Of a stretch of DNA of 64,000 bases, positions 57,075 to 64,000 are shown one piece after another; positions within the stretch are counted from its first letter, which is position 1, and the number at the start of each line of letters is the position of its first letter. The notes below the pieces were generated by a model that saw only the letters and a list, made by a program, of their open reading frames with translations, had not been told where the DNA came from and made no database searches. Both the position numbers and the translations under genes were made by a program. The DNA comes from the human T2T-CHM13v2.0 reference genome, Homo sapiens. The stretch lies in NCBI RefSeq assembly GCF_009914755.1, contig NC_060941.1. One strand, 5' to 3'.

Positions 57075-57357
57075 GCCAGGCACAGTGGCTCACGCCCGTA
57101 ATCCCAGCTCTTTGGGAGGCCGAGGCGGGCAGATCACGAGGTCAGGAGGTCGAGGCCACAGTAAAACCCCATCTCTACTAAAAATACAAAAAATTAGCTG
57201 GGCGCAGTGGCGGGCACCTGTAGTCCCAGCTACCTGGGAGGCTGAGGCAGGAGAATGGCGTGAACCCGGAAGGCAGAGAGCTTGCAGTGAGGCGAGATCG
57301 TGCCACTGCACTCCAGCCTGGGCGACAGAGCGAGACTCCATCTCAAAAAAAAAAAAA
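57075..57357 (+). mobile_element. AluY-like with a small internal deletion, directly after the SVA
   Basis: GAATGGCGTGAACCCGG, AGCTTGCAG; followed by AAGAATTTTGT. Confidence 0.88.
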
Positions 57358-58756
57358 GAATTTTGTGAATATTTTAAAATTCCCACAAGATACCACCTAA
57401 TGCCACAATTTAAACGTATTGCTCTAATTCATGGATTTCAAAAACATTAATATATGCTTTTTACTTCTTACCAATGTTAATTTTTTTACCCTTCCAAACA
57501 TGTCAATTAGTACAATTTAAAAGTCCAATCATCCTTTAATAAAACCTGTTGGAATTCACTATTGCATCATCTTTGTGTTGCCATCTAGCCTGAAAAGAAT
57601 TTCTGGAAAAAAAGTGTTTTGAAAAGTTCATGCTACTTACAAAATTTATTTATTTTTTATTTATTTCCTTGCATCAAATTAACAAGTCCCTGCTAATATC
57701 TAGTATATTACCATATGCTCACTCAATGGCACAAACCAGTCTTCCACTAAAGTAGAAAAGAGGTAAGGAGAAACATGTCACTGCTTGTTGTTCTATCCCG
57801 ATACTTAAATCAAACTCACTTCTTTAATAAGTAATTATTTAAAAATCTGTACTTTTTTCTAGACTTTTCCCAAAATATGTCTGCCTCCAAAAATTATGAA
57901 TCCATTTTGGCAACTAATGGGGTAAAGAAACAAATGTTTTTTTTAATGTTAGTCTTTTCACATAATGCGAACTCATTCATCACTAGGTTCTCTTTCCCAA
58001 AGGTTTGCCAAGTCACAAGACACACTACTGTTTACAATCCCTCCCATCTGCCCCTTGCCAATATATATCAAACACTCTAGTCACTTGGCTTAAGCCACAG
58101 TTTCCCAAATAACCTTCTCAAATTCTAATTTAGACCCAAGATGCATTCGTTCTGATTCATATTCTTAATGGAAAAATTTTAAATCACCTGATTTTCACTA
58201 AGTTCTGCCTTTTGATGCTGCCAAATCCTAGAGCCCTCTTGCTTTCACACCAATGCCCCAAATGTGACAGCTATAGTTATCTATCACAGATAAGTATAAA
58301 GTATAGATAACTATACTTTTAAATTCTGTACTTTTAGACATATTTTTAATCTGAGTACCGTACCCTCTTGGTTTTCAAAGACAACTACCAACATTCAATT
58401 CATTCGAGCACCAGTCTTCACTTCATTTCATTACTATATACACCATGTTCTTTAAGGTGGGAGCCTACTGATTTCCCCCGACCCCAGACTGCAGTAGGAA
58501 AAGAAATGAAACAAAATATATTTACTAACATTCTGTTTACAGATAACTATCAAACAGTTCCCATTTTTATTACAGGCTTCCTGTTACATAGTATCATAAA
58601 TGCCTATTGTGCAGGATGTTTGTCGGGCATCTATACTGATGGTCTCCAAAATCAAACAATACTTCAGATAATGCTGCGGGAGGAGGGAGGGGAGTATGAT
58701 TCACCAAAAACTGCAGTGAAGAGTAATGGAATATTTTCACCGGTGGTATGTTATAA

Positions 58757-59125
<369 letters not shown>

Positions 59126-59712
59126 TAGCAATAAATCCACCAGCTTCGAAGGCCGAAAAGCTAGGAAGATAGGTGGAAAAGCGGAGATGGGGTCCTCCCA
59201 CAGCTTCTCTAGAGGTTAGGAGAGAACAAAGTCACTGCTGCACTGTCACTTGAGGGAAAGGGGGAGGGGGCGGATCATCTTGGAAACCCAGCCCCTGGGC
59301 TGGAGCAGGCGGGGAGAAGTCAGAGAGGCTGCCTAGGATTAACATTCTCGTTCTCACCCTCTCCCGCCCTTCTAGAAGCTCCCCTCCTCGCTCCAACGCG
59401 GCGGCCAGAGTCCCAAATGACCACTCCCTCCAATCTATCACCCGAGAGGTGTAGAGAGAAACCAAAGAAAGAACTGAGTCAGGTGGTTAGGCAGAGCGGG
59501 GACTCCCATGACCTCTCCGTCCTCCCCCAACACCCTCCAGCCTCCCCCGGAACACTATCAAGCCCAGAAGGGTCCGGGGCGGGGGGGAAAGCCCCACACA
59601 GGTGTGCTCGCCGGGGAGGGGCGCAATGGCCGGGCCGCCGGCTCCCCAGAGCTCCCGCAGCGCGGCCTCAGCCCGAGCCCCAGCCTCAGCTCCGGCCACG
59701 GTCCCTGCCCCG

Positions 59713-59754
59713 GCCCCAGCCCCAGCCCCAGCCCCAGCCCCAGCCCCAGCCCCA
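59713..59754 (-). repeat. (TGGGGC)7 hexanucleotide repeat in intron 1
   Basis: Seven perfect GCCCCA units on +; degenerate units at 59665-59712. Confidence 0.95.
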
Positions 59755-59911
59755 ACAGAGAAAGGCAGAGCACGCCGAACCCGGCGCCCTGCGGCCGCCC
59801 AGCCCCGACTCGAGGCCCGCCCGCCCTCCCGGCCGGGCCCTGAGTCCAGCCCGCGGGCGCGGCCTAACTGCTCGCCCCGCAGCTTGCCCCGGGGCCCGAG
59901 GGTCGCTGTAC

Positions 59912-60166
59912 CTGGGCGGCGGCCTCCAGCTTGCCCTCGAAGGTGAAGTCCAGCAAGTCGGGCTTGAGGCAAAGGCTGCAGTTGATGGGGGAGACATCGG
60001 CAGGCAGCCGCTCGAAGGGCCTCTTCTCCGGCATCGCGGCGAGGCCCAGGCTGTGGAGGCGGCGGCGAGAGGAGCGGCTGAAGACGAGAAGGAGGAGGGG
60101 AGGAGGCGGAGGGCCGAGGAAGAGCAGGCGGCGAGCGAGGGAGGGGGCGGCAGCTGCCAGCCACAT
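59912..60166 (-). CDS. NPEPPSP1: exon 1 coding part (codons 1-85, MWLAAAAPSL...KLEAAAQ)
   Basis: ATG at 60166-60164; second in-frame ATG (MPEKRP) at 60034; donor CAG|GTACAG. Confidence 0.93.
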
Positions 60167-60810
60167 CCACCGAGCGCGGGCGACCGCCGGAGGAGAGCGA
60201 CCGGGGGAGCCTGGGGGGCGGGGGAGAGACCCAGCCGGAGCGCTAGGGGTTGGGAAGGAGGCGGTGCGGGCGGACTGGCGGGCGAGCTGCCTACGGGGAA
60301 GGGGGCGGAGGGGAGGGAAGGGGAGGAGGGCCAGCAAGGAGGGATGGAGAGGGGGAAGTGGTGGCGGCGGCTGCGTGCGCGGCCCCGCCGGCCGGGCGCG
60401 CCCCCGTGGAGTGCGCGCGCACGCCGGGGCAGAGGGCGGAGCGGCGAGGACGAGGGCGCGGCCGGCGGGGCGGGAGGGCGTAGGGTTGCCCGCGCGAGCG
60501 CAGGGCGGGAGGCGGGCGCTGCACCTGTCGGCGCCGCTCAGGACTGGGGGCGGCCTTCCAACTGGAAGGAGCCGGGAAGGGCTTGATCAGAGGAAGGAAA
60601 GGCATAAGGGGCCCTCGGGAAACTGAAGCCTACGCAGTTGGTCAGTTCAGCCAGGGTCGCATGCATAAAATACCAGTTACAAGCAAAACCCCAAACTGGA
60701 TTCTGCCTCCAGGTCAGCGAAAAGCCCTGACTTGAGGCTCTCTGGCCTCAGTTCCTGTTAGTAGCAAATTCAAAGGATGATTTGAAAGTTTTGTTATAAA
60801 ACCTTTAATA

Positions 60811-61128
<318 letters not shown>

Positions 61129-61224
61129 TTACTTCAACCAATGAGATCTGGACTTTTGAGGGAGTGATTTCAAAAACTATATTTTTGTTTCCATGATTTA
61201 ATGTTTAAAATGGGATGTTTCGGG

Positions 61225-62230
<1,006 letters not shown>

Positions 62231-62360
62231 CAATTTAAAAAATGTTATTTAAAGTGTCAAAGGCAAGGAGATTTATCCATAATCTTCATATTTCTTTATA
62301 GAAATTTCTCAGATAGAACCCTGTAATTTCCAAAACTGAATGTAGTATGTTGTAATGGAC

Positions 62361-62979
<619 letters not shown>

Positions 62980-63157
62980 ATTTTGGACTCTGGGCCTGGC
63001 CTCTTAGCCTCTGAATCCTACATACTTTTCAGAAAGGCAGATTGAAAATCTGCAATCCTTTCAAACTAAGGTGTGAGATGGGGCCTTTTCTTATATATAT
63101 GTAGTTCTATGACCACTTACTGGTCAGAGAAATAATAATTTAAATAACATATAATAA

Positions 63158-64000
<843 letters not shown>

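Larger units (their letters stand above)
59390..60620. promoter_or_regulatory. CpG island / TATA-less promoter spanning exon 1
   Basis: Very GC- and CpG-dense; several GGGCGG (Sp/KLF) boxes at about 60269-60553, palindrome TGCGCGCGCA at 60412-60421, GGAAGTG at 60354-60360. Confidence 0.9.

Noticed and set aside
59417-60626. Long antisense ORFs (389 aa and 231 aa) and other overlapping ORFs across the CpG island
   Set aside because: Stop-codon scarcity in very GC-rich DNA; low-complexity G/R/P/A products with no recognisable domain.

Overview
Human (primate) genomic DNA, extremely Alu-rich. It carries exons 1-10 of a puromycin-sensitive aminopeptidase (M1 family, NPEPPS-type) gene on the minus strand, with its CpG-island promoter at about 59.4-60.6 kb; the gene continues off the left edge. 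All ten exons have GT-AG boundaries and splice into an uninterrupted 420-codon frame with GAMEN and HEXXH-x18-E intact. Against the canonical NPEPPS protein as I recall it, there are four substitutions (Y63C, M241T, R267C, G322D), which point to the 17q12 segmental-duplicate paralogue NPEPPSP1 (PSA-like) rather than NPEPPS itself. Introns hold roughly 85-90 Alu-derived segments (manual estimate), a 5'-truncated young SVA, MER21, MER44, MaLR, L1, L2 and MIR remnants, and several microsatellites; a MER33-like relic lies upstream of the promoter. Best leads: a 'pseudogene' with intact promoter and frame but a hit in GAMENWG; an SVA inserted into an Alu's target-site duplication; exon junctions that rebuild 5' splice sites; a (TGGGGC)7 repeat in intron 1; an (AT)19 tract beside the GAMEN micro-exon; and an Alu-mediated tandem duplication upstream of the promoter. 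I found no convincing wholly new biological system. Repeat family names are by eye and repeat boundaries are approximate.
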